Position numbers and translations under genes: made by a program
The notes under the pieces: model-generated
Told to the model about the DNA's origin: nothing
Databases searched by the model: none
The model's input: the letters and a program-made list of their open reading frames with translations, nothing else
Shown here: piece by piece, positions 24,170 through 36,416 of the stretch
How the letters are laid out: the number at the start of each line of letters is the position of its first letter
Position numbering within the stretch: position 1 is the first letter of the stretch
Source of the DNA: Macrostomum hystrix
Taxonomy: Eukaryota > Animalia > Platyhelminthes
NCBI GenBank assembly: GCA_950097015.1
Contig: CATNEN010000031.1
Coordinates: 3,038,001 to 3,102,000 of the forward strand
DNA length: 64,000 nt
Direction: 5' to 3'

Positions 24170-26377
24170 ATGGGAAACTGTTTACGAAGTTGTCTTTCAA
24201 CGGATCAAGTCAGACCTAACAGCGGGTCTGATTTTCTTCCTGAGAGTAGAAACCAGGCATCCTCAGAGTCTGGAATAGTTATTAATCCTATTGCTGATCA
24301 GCTACAAAGAGGTACCAGACGCTCTTCACATAACTCTGATGGTAATCAAATGGTAAGAATAAGCAAATAACTTTTGTGTTGTAATTCAAAATATGACAAC
24401 TCCCAGTTTTTCTACACAAATTATATATGACATTTATTTCTTTATGCTGATCTAGGCTTACCACTTTGCGTTCAAAATTGTTTATCATATGTAAGCATAA
24501 TTCATGTTATGCATTTTGTTTGTGTATATTTATTTTTTATGTTGTATGAAAACAATTCATAAACATATTTGATTTCAAGCAAAAAACTATATAGTTTAAG
24601 TGTATTCAGATCAATTAATTATATTTTATCATTTTTACATCCTGCTTTGAAGTAAATAAATCAGTACTATTCATGAAAGCTAGTGAGCATAATTTTATAG
24701 TTTGTATTTATTAAATTACATTTCTCTAAGCTTATACTTTTTTATATTGGCTTTTAACATAATGGAAGTATACTTACAGTTTAATTTTAACCTTCTAAAG
24801 ATGAATACATTCTTTATACCTTGATTTTATCATATTATAAATAAACAATTTTATATTTTTGCCTGTCTTGTCTCTGTTGCTTCTAGTGTTCTCCATTCTT
24901 AGATATCCCATAGATCCCCAACCTTAATATGGTTCTGGCTTGGTTAAGCATAGTGATTTCCTCATTCACAACAGTTCAATAATGTATCCTAAAACCCTGC
25001 TCAGCAGGATCCAGGTCCACTATATTACCTGGCCCCAGGTGTTGGCCGTCGCGCTGATCAGCTGTCTGAAGAGGAACAAGTGCGCATCGCCAAACGGATG
25101 GGCCTAATTGGCCACCTGCCAACCAAGCCCTACTGCTGCGACGAGGCCGACAAGGACAGCAACTGCGAGTGAGTTATACATTGATTAGTTTTTGTTATCT
25201 GTATAAAATCTGAGTCTGGGTACATTTGGATGTCTTTAGCTGTTCAAGCAGCGTGTCGCCTTTTTTGAGACAGAGGTAGAACGAAATGCAGGCAGCTGTT
25301 CATACAGAGCTCTGCCCCAAATTCAGGCCTCTAACAGACAAATGGCCAAGTGCTTTTAAACCAGTTCTTAGCTAATTCTCTCATTGCTAGACTTTTGCAG
25401 CTGGTTGGCTACTGCACATCTGGCTGGCCTAGATGAGTGCGTCAATTTCACCTGGTACTCTGCCTCCAGTTTTATTGTTATTATTACTGCTGGCGAGTTT
25501 ATACTAGCAAAGGGCTCTTTAGAATTCCTGTCAATATTTTTTTAGTTTGTTGTATTCGAGAATCGAGAGTAACTTTTCAGTGTCCAACATGGCTATTAAT
25601 GCTGCATTATCATAAAAACGATTCTGTGAAAATTTAATTAACTTCAGCTACCTTCGCTTTGTTTTTTTATCCCATTCGATTTTGCGAGCAGTGTAGCAAA
25701 TCATTCCCCAGTTGACAAATATCACACTCCCCAGTTGACAAATATCACACTCCCCAGTTGACAAATGTCACACTCCCCAGTTGACAAATGTCACACTCCC
25801 CAGTTGACAAATGTCACACTCCCCAGTTGACAAATGTCACACTCCCCAGTTGACAAATGTCACACTCCCCAGTTGACAAATGTCACACTCCCCAGTTGAC
25901 AAATGTCACACTCCCCAGTTGACAAATGTCACACTCCCCAGTTGACAAATGTCACACTCCCCAGTTGACAAATGTCACACTCCCCAGTTGACAAATGTCA
26001 CACTCCCCAGTTGACAATTGTCACACTCCCCAGTTGACAAATGTCACACTCCCCAGTTGACAAATGTCACAGGAGGCAAATCACCCCCATTTTCAAGTCA
26101 CTCTCCCACATTTGGCAGTTGACCCTCACAGTTGCAAAATATCGCCCCCAGCGTTCGGCATCGATAAAAATCTAGGATTTTTCATTCCTGCAGGTGCGTT
26201 ATCTGCATGATTGACTATGCAGAAGGTGACCAGCTACGCTGCCTGCCCTGCGGCCACGCCTACCACCGGACCTGCATCGATGACTGGCTAATGCGCTCGT
26301 GCGCCTGCCCATCCTGCAACCGGCCCGCTGATCCGGCTCTTTTGAACACCTTCAGCCCGCAACCAACGGAGCGGTGA
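24170..26377 (+). CDS. RNF11: RING finger protein 11 (RING-H2 E3), about 175 aa (exons 24170-24352, 25008(or 25005)-25168, 26194-26377)
   Basis: MGNCL N-terminus (G2 myristoylation, C4 palmitoylation in orthologues), QLSEEEQVRIAKRMGLIGHLP, and RING-H2 CVICMIDY..GDQLRCLPCGHAYHRTCIDDWLMRSCACPSC. Exons 2 and 3 were translated by hand because they are not in the ORF track. Confidence 0.92.
25707..26070. repeat. 23-bp minisatellite (CCCCAGTTGACAAATGTCACACT)n, about 16 copies, in RNF11 intron 2
   Basis: Near-perfect units, each with an internal TGACA-AA-TGTCA palindrome. Confidence 0.95.
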
Positions 26378-26609
26378 TTTGAGGTCCTGCTGTTTCTAGA
26401 CTGCAACTAGTAGTTGAGTTTGCTGTGTCACATACTTTTATCTTATTTTGCTCGGCTTCAGCTTGTCTAGTTGCAGATTTTTTGTCTTTCAGTTTGCCCT
26501 GGTAACAAATTTTCAGTAAGGGCCGCTAAAATATAAAAAATCAGTTCTTCATTTTGTAGGCTACCGCTTGTCTAGGTTCTTCATTCATTTGGGCCGCGTC
26601 CAATTCTGG

Positions 26610-27400
26610 TCATTCATCCACTTCTGGTCCCTCATTTCATCCACTTCTGGTCCCTCATTTCATCCACTTCTGGTCCCTCATTTCATCCACTTCTGGTCCC
26701 TCATTTCATCCACTTCTGGTCCCTCATTTCATCCACCTCTGGTCCCTCATTTCCTCCACCTCTGGTCCCTCATTTCATCCACCTCTGGTCCCTCATTTCA
26801 TCCACTTCTGGTCCCTCATTTCATCCACCTCTGGTCCCTCATTTCATCCACTTCTGGTCCCTCATTTCATCCACTTCTGGTCCCTCATTTCATCCACCTC
26901 TGGTCCCTCATTTCATCCGCTTCTGGTCCCTCATTTCCTCCACTTCTGGTCCTTTATTCCCTCCACTTCTGGTCCTTTATTCCCTCCACTTCTGGTCCTT
27001 TTTTCCCTCCACTTCTGGTCTTTCATTCCCTCCACTTCTGGTCTTTCATTCCCTCCACTTCTGGTCCTTCATTCCCTCCACTTCTGGTCCTTTTTTCCCT
27101 CCACTTTTGGTCCTTCATTCCCTCCAATTCTGGTCCCTCCACTTCTGGTCTTTCATTCCCTCCACTTCTGGTCCTTTATTCCCTCCACTTCTGGTCCTTT
27201 ATTTCCTCCACTTCTGGTCCCTCATTTCATCCACTTCTGGTCCCTCATTTCATCCACTTCTGGTCCCTCATTTTCTCCACTTCTCGTCCTTTATTCCCTC
27301 CACTTTTGGTCCTTCATTCCCTCCAATTCTGGTCCCTCCACTTCTGGTCCTTCATTCCCTCCACTTTTGGTCCTTCATTCCCTCCACTTTTGGTCCTTCA
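26610..27400. repeat. 23-bp pyrimidine-rich minisatellite (CCACTTCTGGTCCCTCATTTCAT)n downstream of RNF11
   Basis: Direct reading. Confidence 0.93.
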
Positions 27401-27969
27401 TTTAAAATCTTCAAAAGCCTGCACTGTCTAATGCAATTATAGGCGCAGAGACAAAACTTCTCAGCTTTCAAACTATCCCACACGCGTTATCTTTTTCTTT
27501 GAGCTGTTACTCGTATCAGTTTTTTTAGTGACAAAATTATTTTTTGCTTTTGAATTAGCCACCGACCGGATCTCTGCCTTAATGCCGGATTGCCCATTAA
27601 CTGATGTTTGTCTAAGTCATTTCATCGAATCTGTCGTTTGTTATCCGCCGCCAGCTTTCCTGATCCCCGCTGATCTGCGTCTAATCATTTTTGTTAAAGC
27701 AAACCGGTTGATTAATTAAAACGCGTCGAATCTACTTTAAGTAGTTTGTGCGTAAGTAAGATAACTGTCTGTATAGCCCGGCGCTTTTTTCGCTTGTTTA
27801 CAGCCACTATTATTATCTTTGCAGTGATCCTAAACTAATTGACACATATACTCATTTGAAATGTTCAACTTAAGTTGCAAAATCTTTTTTTCAATTTCCG
27901 TCCCCTGAAAAGTCATGTGACGGCCGCTTTAAGTATCTTTACGTAACTTCTACGACTGTTACTTAAACA

Positions 27970-28468
27970 CACCAACCTGTTGGACACATCACCAGCCTGT
28001 TAGACCCACCACCAACCTGTTAGACCCACCACCAACCTGTTAGACCCACCACCAACCTGTTAGACCCACCACCAACCTGTTAGACCCACCACCAACCTGT
28101 TAGACACACCAACCTGTTAGACACACCAACAACCTGTTAGACACACCAACAACCTGTTAGACACACAAAAAACCTGTTAGACACACCAACAAACTGTTAG
28201 ACACACCAACAACCTGTTAGACCCACCACCAACCTGTTAGACCCACCACCAACCTGTTAGACACACCAACAACCTGTTAGACACACCAACCTGTTAGACA
28301 CACCAACAACCTGTTAGACACACCAACCTGTTAGACACACCAACAACCTGTTAGACACACCAAAAAACTGTTAGACACACCAACAACCTGTTAGACACAC
28401 CAACAAACTGTTAGACACACCAACAAACTGTTAGACACACCAACAAACTGTTAAACACACCAACAACC
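27970..28468. repeat. About 20-bp minisatellite (CACCAACCTGTTAGAC-core)
   Basis: Direct reading. Confidence 0.93.
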
Positions 28469-29374
28469 AGACTCTTCTAGTTAAGCAATCGCAGCCTGTT
28501 CAACAATTCAATCTGCAATTCATTCGTTAAATCAGCCCATAATCATTGCATCGGTTTCTTCACAGCAAGCAAAATAAAAGCAAAATTGTGCATTTGAATT
28601 TCTTAAACGTTTTTACTTTTGCTTGCTGACGGTCAGGGCTCGCCCGTGCTGTTACATATCAGCCTATTAGAATGATCGCATTACTTTCTGCCTTTTTAAC
28701 TGGCTATCCAGTTTGTTATAGTGCGCGGCTAGTTTTTAATTTTTACATTGGTCGCATTAATTCCATGTTGCTCTACTTCCAGTAGTGCAGTCGCATTATG
28801 CAACTGATAAAATTATTAAAAACAGAATGTACAAATGTGTTGATTGTTAGTGATTCGTTGAGGATTAATCTACGGCTTGAGGTTCTGAATCTCAATGGTT
28901 TCACGGAGACTTAATTAGCTTTCATCGTTTCCGTGTCTGCATTAATCTTGTAATTATTTTAAAAGTGTATTTCCGTTGTTCGCGCCACATAATTATTTAC
29001 TTTTACTTTATCGATTTTTTGCAGTGCATCGACATACACGTATGCTGAAATAAAAAGTAAATATAAGCATATACTCCGCGCTAAAAAAGTGGAAATGAAA
29101 ACATTTTTGATAACTTTGAAAAACAAGCGAGACTTGTGTATTTTATTTACAAACTTTTGTCGTTAGTCACTGTTTAAATAATAATTTAAATGTTTGTGCA
29201 CATTTAAACGTTGACTTACAAGCCGAAGATACATGTACAAACAGACACACAAAAATTATTGCATAAAAATTTCTGTTTTTGAATTAATTATTAAATATCA
29301 AATTATTCACCGGGAAATTAACTGTTAGCTTTAGTAGTAGCGTTTCAATTATCTCCGGTTTGGTTGTGCTGGGT

Positions 29375-29540
29375 TTGTGAATCTTGGGGTTTGTGAATCT
29401 TGGGGTTTGTGAATCTTGGGGTTTGTGAATCTTGGGGTTTGTGAATCTTGGGGTTTGTGAATCTTGGGGTTTGTGAATCTTGGGATTTATGAATCTTGGG
29501 ATTTGTGAATCTTGGGGTTTGTGAATCTTGGGGTTTGTGA
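29375..29540. repeat. 16-bp repeat (GTGAATCTTGGGGTTT)n
   Basis: Direct reading. Confidence 0.93.
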
Positions 29541-29631
29541 AATGCTAGGCGCTCTTGCCGCAATGGTGCTTGAGTGGCATTCTGATATTAGTGAATGAGG
29601 TGTTGTGCTGCCTGCAGTCCGCATGTCGTCC

Positions 29632-30231
29632 CTAGGCCAGTCCAGTGATCCCAGTGGCCACTCTGCTGCCGACGGTCGACCTGTCATTGCTGCCAGCTGC
29701 TGCGGCCGCTTTGCTGTGACTCCAAACAATGGCCAGCGGCAGGAAGGTGGCGGGCACGCCCACCACCAAGCTGGTGATGGACGGCGCGCCAAGCAGCAGC
29801 TGCAGGGTGGAGCTGCAGGCCGCCAGGCTCGAGCTGTCCAGCACCACAGCATAGAAGCAGATTACATACAGAGCCGTGAGGCCGAGCAGTGCCGCGCCAA
29901 GCCACAGCGCCAGCCGCTGGGCCCGCCCGGCGGGGTGCAGAGGCGGCTGCAGACAGCTCAGGATCAGGCAGAGGCAGCCCTGGCCGAGGTCGCCGAGGCC
30001 AACCAGCAGGCTGAGGCCCAGGCGGACACGCACGCAGGGTGTGATGAGCTCCAGGCAGCCAAAGGTCACCAGAAACAAGCCGTGGAGAAGCAGGGCCGCG
30101 CCGCAGACGCCGACCCGGTTGAAGTCGGCTCGGCGCATCGGTCGAGCCTCGTCGTGCTGGGCCAGCGAGCTCAAACTGCCCTCCAGATGGTGCGGCTGCG
30201 GCGACGGCGGCGACGGAGTGACGGCGGACAT
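29632..30231 (-). CDS. Orphan four-transmembrane protein (MS4A/tetraspan-like topology), 199 aa, single exon
   Basis: ATG-started GC-rich ORF with four hydrophobic stretches (VGVCGAALLLHGLFLVTFG; LGLSLLVGLG..CLCLIL; LALWLGAALLGLTALYVICFYAVVL; LLLGAPSITSLVVGVPATFLPLAIVW). No family motif recognised. Confidence 0.55.
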   Translation of the reverse strand: MSAVTPSPPSPQPHHLEGSLSSLAQHDEARPMRRADFNRVGVCGAALLLHGLFLVTFGCLELITPCVRVRLGLSLLVGLGDLGQGCLCLILSCLQPPLHPAGRAQRLALWLGAALLGLTALYVICFYAVVLDSSSLAACSSTLQLLLGAPSITSLVVGVPATFLPLAIVWSHSKAAAAAGSNDRSTVGSRVATGITGLA

Positions 30232-30419
30232 CGTGCCGCAGAAGGCAAATGGAATACTCGTGTTCAGTCAGTCTACAAGCACCTGGGAATAAAGCGACAC
30301 TGCCAGTATTCCCATTCGTCCGCTCTCTTTGGCAAACCAAATTTTTGTTAATTTACATTCCTTGAACGACCGTGATTGGCTATGGCGGCTGTTGTCTTCA
30401 GTAAAAAAAATAGTAGTTT

Positions 30420-30908
30420 CAAGAGGGCTATGGGCACAAGCACATTATTTGGTGACGCTAGACCCTCAGCCATCTAGGAGGCAATTCTGCCCATTTCGCT
30501 GACTCATGAGCACACACTCACATATTTACCGTTCGCAGGTTACACTCACATCTGCCCTGACTCTCATCGTCAGTCACAAGACACTTTCAAAGTGCCTTGG
30601 AGTTTAGCCCGTTAGGGCGGCCCAAATGAAAATGAGCCACAGCCGCGGAAAGAAGGCTTGGTGGCTTGTCGTGCAATTTACGCCCTTCAGGGCCAACCGC
30701 CAAGGCACAGTGAGAGTGTACACTGCCTGACGATGAGAGTCAGGGCAGATATACACACCTGTGTGAGTGTCTGCCTGCGTACGGTATCTGTGTGCGTGTG
30801 TGCTTAAGAGTCAGCGAAATGGGCAGAATTGCCTCCTCGCTGGCTGCCGGTCTATAGCGTCACCAAATGATGTGCCATTGCCCGCAGCCCCCACTAATTA
30901 TTATTATT
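30420..30908. mobile_element. Two headless SINE copies in inverted orientation (about 30420-30640 minus, about 30650-30908 plus)
   Basis: 30476-30620 is the approximate reverse complement of 30681-30838. Both carry the SINE 3' end facing outward. Confidence 0.75.
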
Positions 30909-31237
30909 AGGGGGTTTGGAATCAGGCGAGAGTCGCTCTGAAAGCATTTTAATTAAAGTCAGAAGCTCAGTCCGTGTTCGGCAAAGGGGAGACGCAAGAT
31001 TCGGCTGAGATTGATATCTCGCATTGTGAATTACCGGCCTGTAGTCTGACATACAAATTGGTTTGGGGTGGCATGAGGCTCACGGGGGGGGGGCTGAAAC
31101 GGAACGGAAGGTGTCTCTGGGACAGGTAAGGCTACGCATCGCGTGACAGAACAGAAGGCTGTCAACCTGCCAGTGAATGGCCTTCATTTTCACCTGCAAG
31201 CCTTCAAGCTTTTTCAAGCCCTGCCAGGCCTCTAGTC

Positions 31238-31752
31238 CACGGGTCGGCAAACTCCGCCGGCGGGCCAGATGCGGCCCTCAAAGCTCCCAAATCCGACCCG
31301 TTGCCCCTTCCGACGCCTACAGTATCCTGTTTCCTCTTTCCCATCTCATCTCTCCTTGTTCTCGTCTCTCCCATATCTCATCTCTCCCCTGTCTCGTCTC
31401 TCCCGAGTTTTATCTCTCCCGTCTCTTATCCCTTCCCATCTCATCTTATCTCATCTTATACCATCTTCTCCGCTGTCTCATCTCTCCTGTTTCTCATCTA
31501 TCCCACGTCTCATCCTTCCGCTGTCTCATCTCTGCTGTGTGTCATCTCTCCCTTGGCTCATCTCTCCGCTGTCTCATCTCTCCCCTGTGTAATCTCTCCC
31601 ATGTCTCATCTCTCCCGTATTTCATCTATCCTGTGCCTCATCTCTCCCGTGTCTTATCTCTCCCCTATCTCATATTTCTATTGTCAATGCGGCCCGTGTC
31701 ATATTTTAGGTTCTCTCTTTAGCCCGCTAGCTAATAAGTTTGCCGACCCCTG
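31238..31752. mobile_element. hAT-type MITE (515 bp) with a degenerate CT-rich interior
   Basis: TIRs CA(C/G)GGGTCGGCAAAC / GTTTGCCGACCCCTG. Perfect 8-bp TSD CTCTAGTC at 31230-31237 and 31753-31760, typical of hAT elements. Confidence 0.88.
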
Positions 31753-32214
31753 CTCTAGTCCATGACACTGTTCCTGTTTTTTTAGTTTTAGTCCGATAAA
31801 AAACGAAAATAAAAATATTCGGAATCGATAGTTGGAACAATTCGGCTGTCAGATAGGCGCCGCTGAGCAAAATATTTCTTATTATACACTTGCATGATGA
31901 ACGATGTTCATTTTGCTTAACAATATGCTATCGATTGCTTGGCTTGGTATTGAGGTTCTGTTGATGCCATATTATATTTATAAATACACTTTGAGCAACC
32001 ATTTTTCTAAATAAGACCTGAGGGAAATCATTAACATTTTTTTATTTGTTTAAGTGTGCTACATACCTATTCAATTTATTAAGGCAGTTTAATATGAAGT
32101 CTAAATTAGTATTTTCCAAACAGAAAATGCTACTACCAGTAGCATGGTAAGCAAATCTTTATAACGCAGTCTTGCTTCAGTATAATTTGACAACACATTT
32201 AACAGGGTCCTAAT

Positions 32215-32575
32215 ATACGCTGAGAATAAATGACCACACACTGACAGGCATAATTAAGACAGAGCATCAGTCTACAACAGAATGACCACGCGCTGACAGG
32301 GTCATAATCCACTCTGAGAATCAGTCTACAACTGAATGACCACGCGCTGACAGGGTCATAATCCACTCTGAGAATCAGTCTACAACAGAATGACCACGCG
32401 CTGACAGGGTCATAATCCACTCTGAGAATCAGTCTACAACAGAATGACCACGCGCTGACAGGGTCATAATCCACTCTGAGAATCAGTCTACAACTGAATG
32501 ACCACGCGCTGACAGGGTCATAATCCACTCTGAGAATCAGTCTGAAACTGAATGACCACACTCTGACAGGTGTAT
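32215..32575. repeat. 54-bp tandem repeat, about 6 copies
   Basis: AATGACCACGCGCTGACAGG... recurs at 32281, 32335 and onward. Confidence 0.92.
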
Positions 32576-33019
32576 AAGGCCTAAATTTCCGGAACCGCAT
32601 GACCGCAACTTGACGGTTGTATTTCAATTTGGACATCATCAGCAGAATGAGTTTCGCAGAAACACAGAACTCAGTTCGAAGTGACCATATTGAGAAAATT
32701 GGCAGCCGTTGATTGCCACTTCGGAACTGCAGGAAACTCCAGGCGAGAATTCAGATGGTCGCCTTTTGAAGGACCACTTGACTGGCCCCAATGGTTGCTG
32801 CCAATCGGTTCGGCGCCTAGGCTTGTTGAAGGGCTTCAAGAATAAGATGCGATTGGAATCTCGAGAGTCAAGCGTAGGCACCGGTGGTGCTTGGCTTAAT
32901 CAGCTGCTCTTCTTTGGGCGTTTGATAAACACGGCGCGCCAGGCATGCTAGCAGGGCGATAAGGATAAGGACGATTCTTTGATTTAGCCATTCAAAAATA
33001 CACAAGCATGAGACTGATC

Positions 33020-33602
33020 AGCTCACTAACCAACTGACCAGCTGACCAACTGACCAACTGACCAACTGACCAACTGACCAACTGACCAGCTGACCAACTG
33101 ACCAACTGACCAACTGACCAACTGACCAGCTGACCAACTGACCAACTGACCAACTAACCAACTGACCAGCTGACCAACTGACCAACTGACCAACTGACCA
33201 ACTGACCAACTGACCAACTGACCAGCTGACCAACTCACCAACTGACCAACTGACCAGCTGACCAACTGATCAACTGACCAACTGACCAACTGACCAACTG
33301 ACCAACTGACCAACTGACCAACTGACCAACTGACCAACTGGCTAACTGACCAACTGACCAACTGACTTAACTGACCAACTGACCAACTAACTAACTGACC
33401 AACTGACCAAATGAACAACTGACCCAACTGACCAACTGACCAACTGACCATCTGACCAACTGACCAACTGACCAGCTGAAAGCTGACCAACTGACCAACT
33501 GATCAACTGACCCAACTGACCAACTGACCAACTGACTTAACTGACCAACTGACCAACTAACTAACTGACCAACTGACCAAATGAACAACTGACCCAACTG
33601 AC
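33020..33602. repeat. 8-bp microsatellite (CTGACCAA)n
   Basis: Direct reading. Confidence 0.95.
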
Positions 33603-34207
33603 TATAATGATCAGGTAAATCATATGGTCTATTTCAGGCCTAATGAAAAGTGTTCCGCCACACTCACTATTCATCTTTGTCTGCCATGGGCAAAAGCAGA
33701 AAGACAGACAGAACAGATGATGAATTTCGGCATCTAAAATCTTCAGCAGGTCAGTTGGGGAAAGTCCGCAGGTAAGCGAATTGCATAGAATTACCTCGCT
33801 CTCTTACCCGAGGCTAATAAACCTTCCACAATATACCGTATCCCATTTCGACTAGGGACACTCTGTTAGTTCCTGCGAGTCGGTGTATTTTCACAATTAG
33901 CCCTCCGGCAGTTTTCATAGCGAAAGCGTAAACAAAGACTTTTCACTTCAATGCGATTATATATTTTTTCATTCCCTGTCTTCTGAACGAATATGGAGAC
34001 ATCGCTTTTGGCATAACTTTAGAACCAACTGATCAAATGATCTGCTGCTTGGAGCAGCTGTGCACAGTACAGCTGGTCAGTTGTTGAAGATAATTTATGG
34101 CTCAGAAAATATAATTTCCAAGTATTCTTGAAAAAACGGCGAGTTTGAATTTAGGTACTCTTGAGTTCGAGATTTCCGTACTGCACAATCCAGACTTTTA
34201 TTCTTCT

Positions 34208-34562
34208 CAATCTGCACCCACCCCAATCTGCACCCACCCAAATCTGCACCCACCCCAATATGCATCCACCCCAATCTGCACCCACCCCAATCTGCACCCA
34301 CCCCAATCTGCATCCACCCAATCTGCAACCACCCCAATCTGCACCCACCCCAATCTGCATCCTTCCCAATCTACCTACCTCCCAATCTACCTACCTCCCA
34401 ATCTGCATCCACCCAATCTGCACCCACCCCAATCTGCATCCACCCAATCTGCACCCACCCCAATCTGCATCCACCCAATCTGCATCCACCCAATCTGCAT
34501 CCACCCCAATCTGCATCCACCCCAATCTGCATCCACCCCAATCTGCGTCCATCCCAATCTGC
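34208..34562. repeat. About 17-bp C-rich repeat (CAATCTGCACCCACCCC)n
   Basis: Direct reading. Confidence 0.9.
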
Positions 34563-35114
34563 TTAATTATAAATCAAAAGATAGTTTCAAAACGTGCAGA
34601 TTGTTTGTTCTTTGATGCGTAAAATTTCACAATCTGCAGAACTTCCTATACATACTTTCCTATCTTGAAATATTTCCCCATCAGTGAGAGCTCCAAGACT
34701 TTGTTCTCACAGGCACCCTGTGGCATCAACATCCAGTCAAGGCTAAATTGTGCTGACTGTCCGTACAGGATCAACCGTCTCTGACGCCAGATCAGGTCAT
34801 CTACATGGGCGATATTTCAAAGAACGGAATATTTGCGTCTTCTAAAAGTGTCTCGCCTCCCGTCACATCCTGACAGAGGAACAACAGTTGCCATGCGACA
34901 CCGAATGTAATCTCAAACTGACATTCTGCTTCGGCTCCTAGCTGGAATTTGTTTATCTGATCTCATTCCGGAGCTGAAACGAAACCGAAAATCACTTACT
35001 GACAGACAGGACAGCTGGCGTACAAGGAAAATGATAAACAAATTAGAATGCTTGGGCGGAATAAAAATACTTCTGCTTTTCGGGACGTAACAGACATACG
35101 CTAGTAGTTATTGG

Positions 35115-35600
35115 GCTGTAACAGACACTGTTATTAAGCTGTAAAGTTACTGTCATTTGTGCTGTTACAGAGACAGTTATCGGGCTGTAACAGACACTGT
35201 TATCGGGCTGTAACAGACACTGCTATCGGGCTGTAACAGACACTGTTATCGGGCTGTAACAGACACAGTTATCGAGCTGTAACAAACACAGTTATCGGGC
35301 TGTAACAGACACTGTTATCGAACTGTAACAGACACTGTTATCGGGCTGTAACGGACACTGTTATCGGGCTGTAACAGACACTGTTATCGGGCTGTAACAG
35401 ACACTGTTATCGAGCTGTAACGGACACTGTTATCGGGCTGTAACGGACACTGTTATCGGGCTGTAACGGACTGCACTGTTATCGGGCTGTAACAGACACA
35501 GTTATCGAGCTGTAACAGACACTGTTATCGGGCTGTAACAGACACTGTTATCGGGCTGTAACGGACACTGTAATCGGGCTGTAACAGACACTGTCATAGT
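35115..35600. repeat. 23-bp minisatellite (GTTATCGGGCTGTAACAGACACT)n
   Basis: Direct reading. Internal TGTTA/TAACA inverted repeat. Confidence 0.93.
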
Positions 35601-36061
35601 GCTGTAATATCAGGCTCTTTTAAAGCATTTTAATGTGGCCACAAATGTTCTAAATGAAAGTTAGCCAAAAATTTTTATTTTTTTGAATTGAACCAAGGCT
35701 GCTCACTGCCCACCTTAAACAGAGTGGCAACCAGATGGAGGACAAAGGTTCCGCAGGCCTTGATCAAAGGCGCCTCACTTGAATTTAACTTCCTGTGAAA
35801 TTCCCTTCAACTGTCTGAGAATCTCAATAGGTTCTCAATTAGCTTCCAAAAGGAGTCAAGGTCGTCTGTCTGACAGTCCGATGCAAGAAAAGCGGCGCTG
35901 CAAAGAATGGCAGAATAATGAGCACCAATTTGCTGCTGCTAGTTCTAAAAGACCATAGTTAAGAATTTCATAAAAAGAAAGTGAAGTAACGACATGGACA
36001 GCATTTTGTCAGGCTCGAAACTGCACTAGGAAAATTACAATTGAAGTCATCTTGATTGCTG

Positions 36062-36416
36062 TCAATAGCACTGTCATGGTGATTCTCACTGCCACTGCCA
36101 CTGTCATGGTGATTCTCACTGCCACTGCCACTGTCATGGTGATTCTCACTGCCACTGCCACTGTCATGGTGATTCTCACTGCCACTGCCACTGTCATGGT
36201 GATTCTCACTGCCACTGCCACTGTCATGGTGATTCTCACTGCCACTGCCACTGTCATGGTAATTCTCACTGTCACTGTCATGGTGATTCTCACTGCCACT
36301 GTCATGGTGATTCTCACTGCCACTGCCACTGTCATGGTGATTCTCACTGCCACTGTCATGGTAATTCTCACTGCCACTGTCATGGTGATTCTCACTGCCA
36401 CTGTCATGGTGATTCT
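36062..36416. repeat. 24/30-bp satellite (CTGTCATGGTGATTCTCACTGCCA[CTGCCA])n, left arm
   Basis: Same array as 40968-42375, split by the LTR element. Confidence 0.95.
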
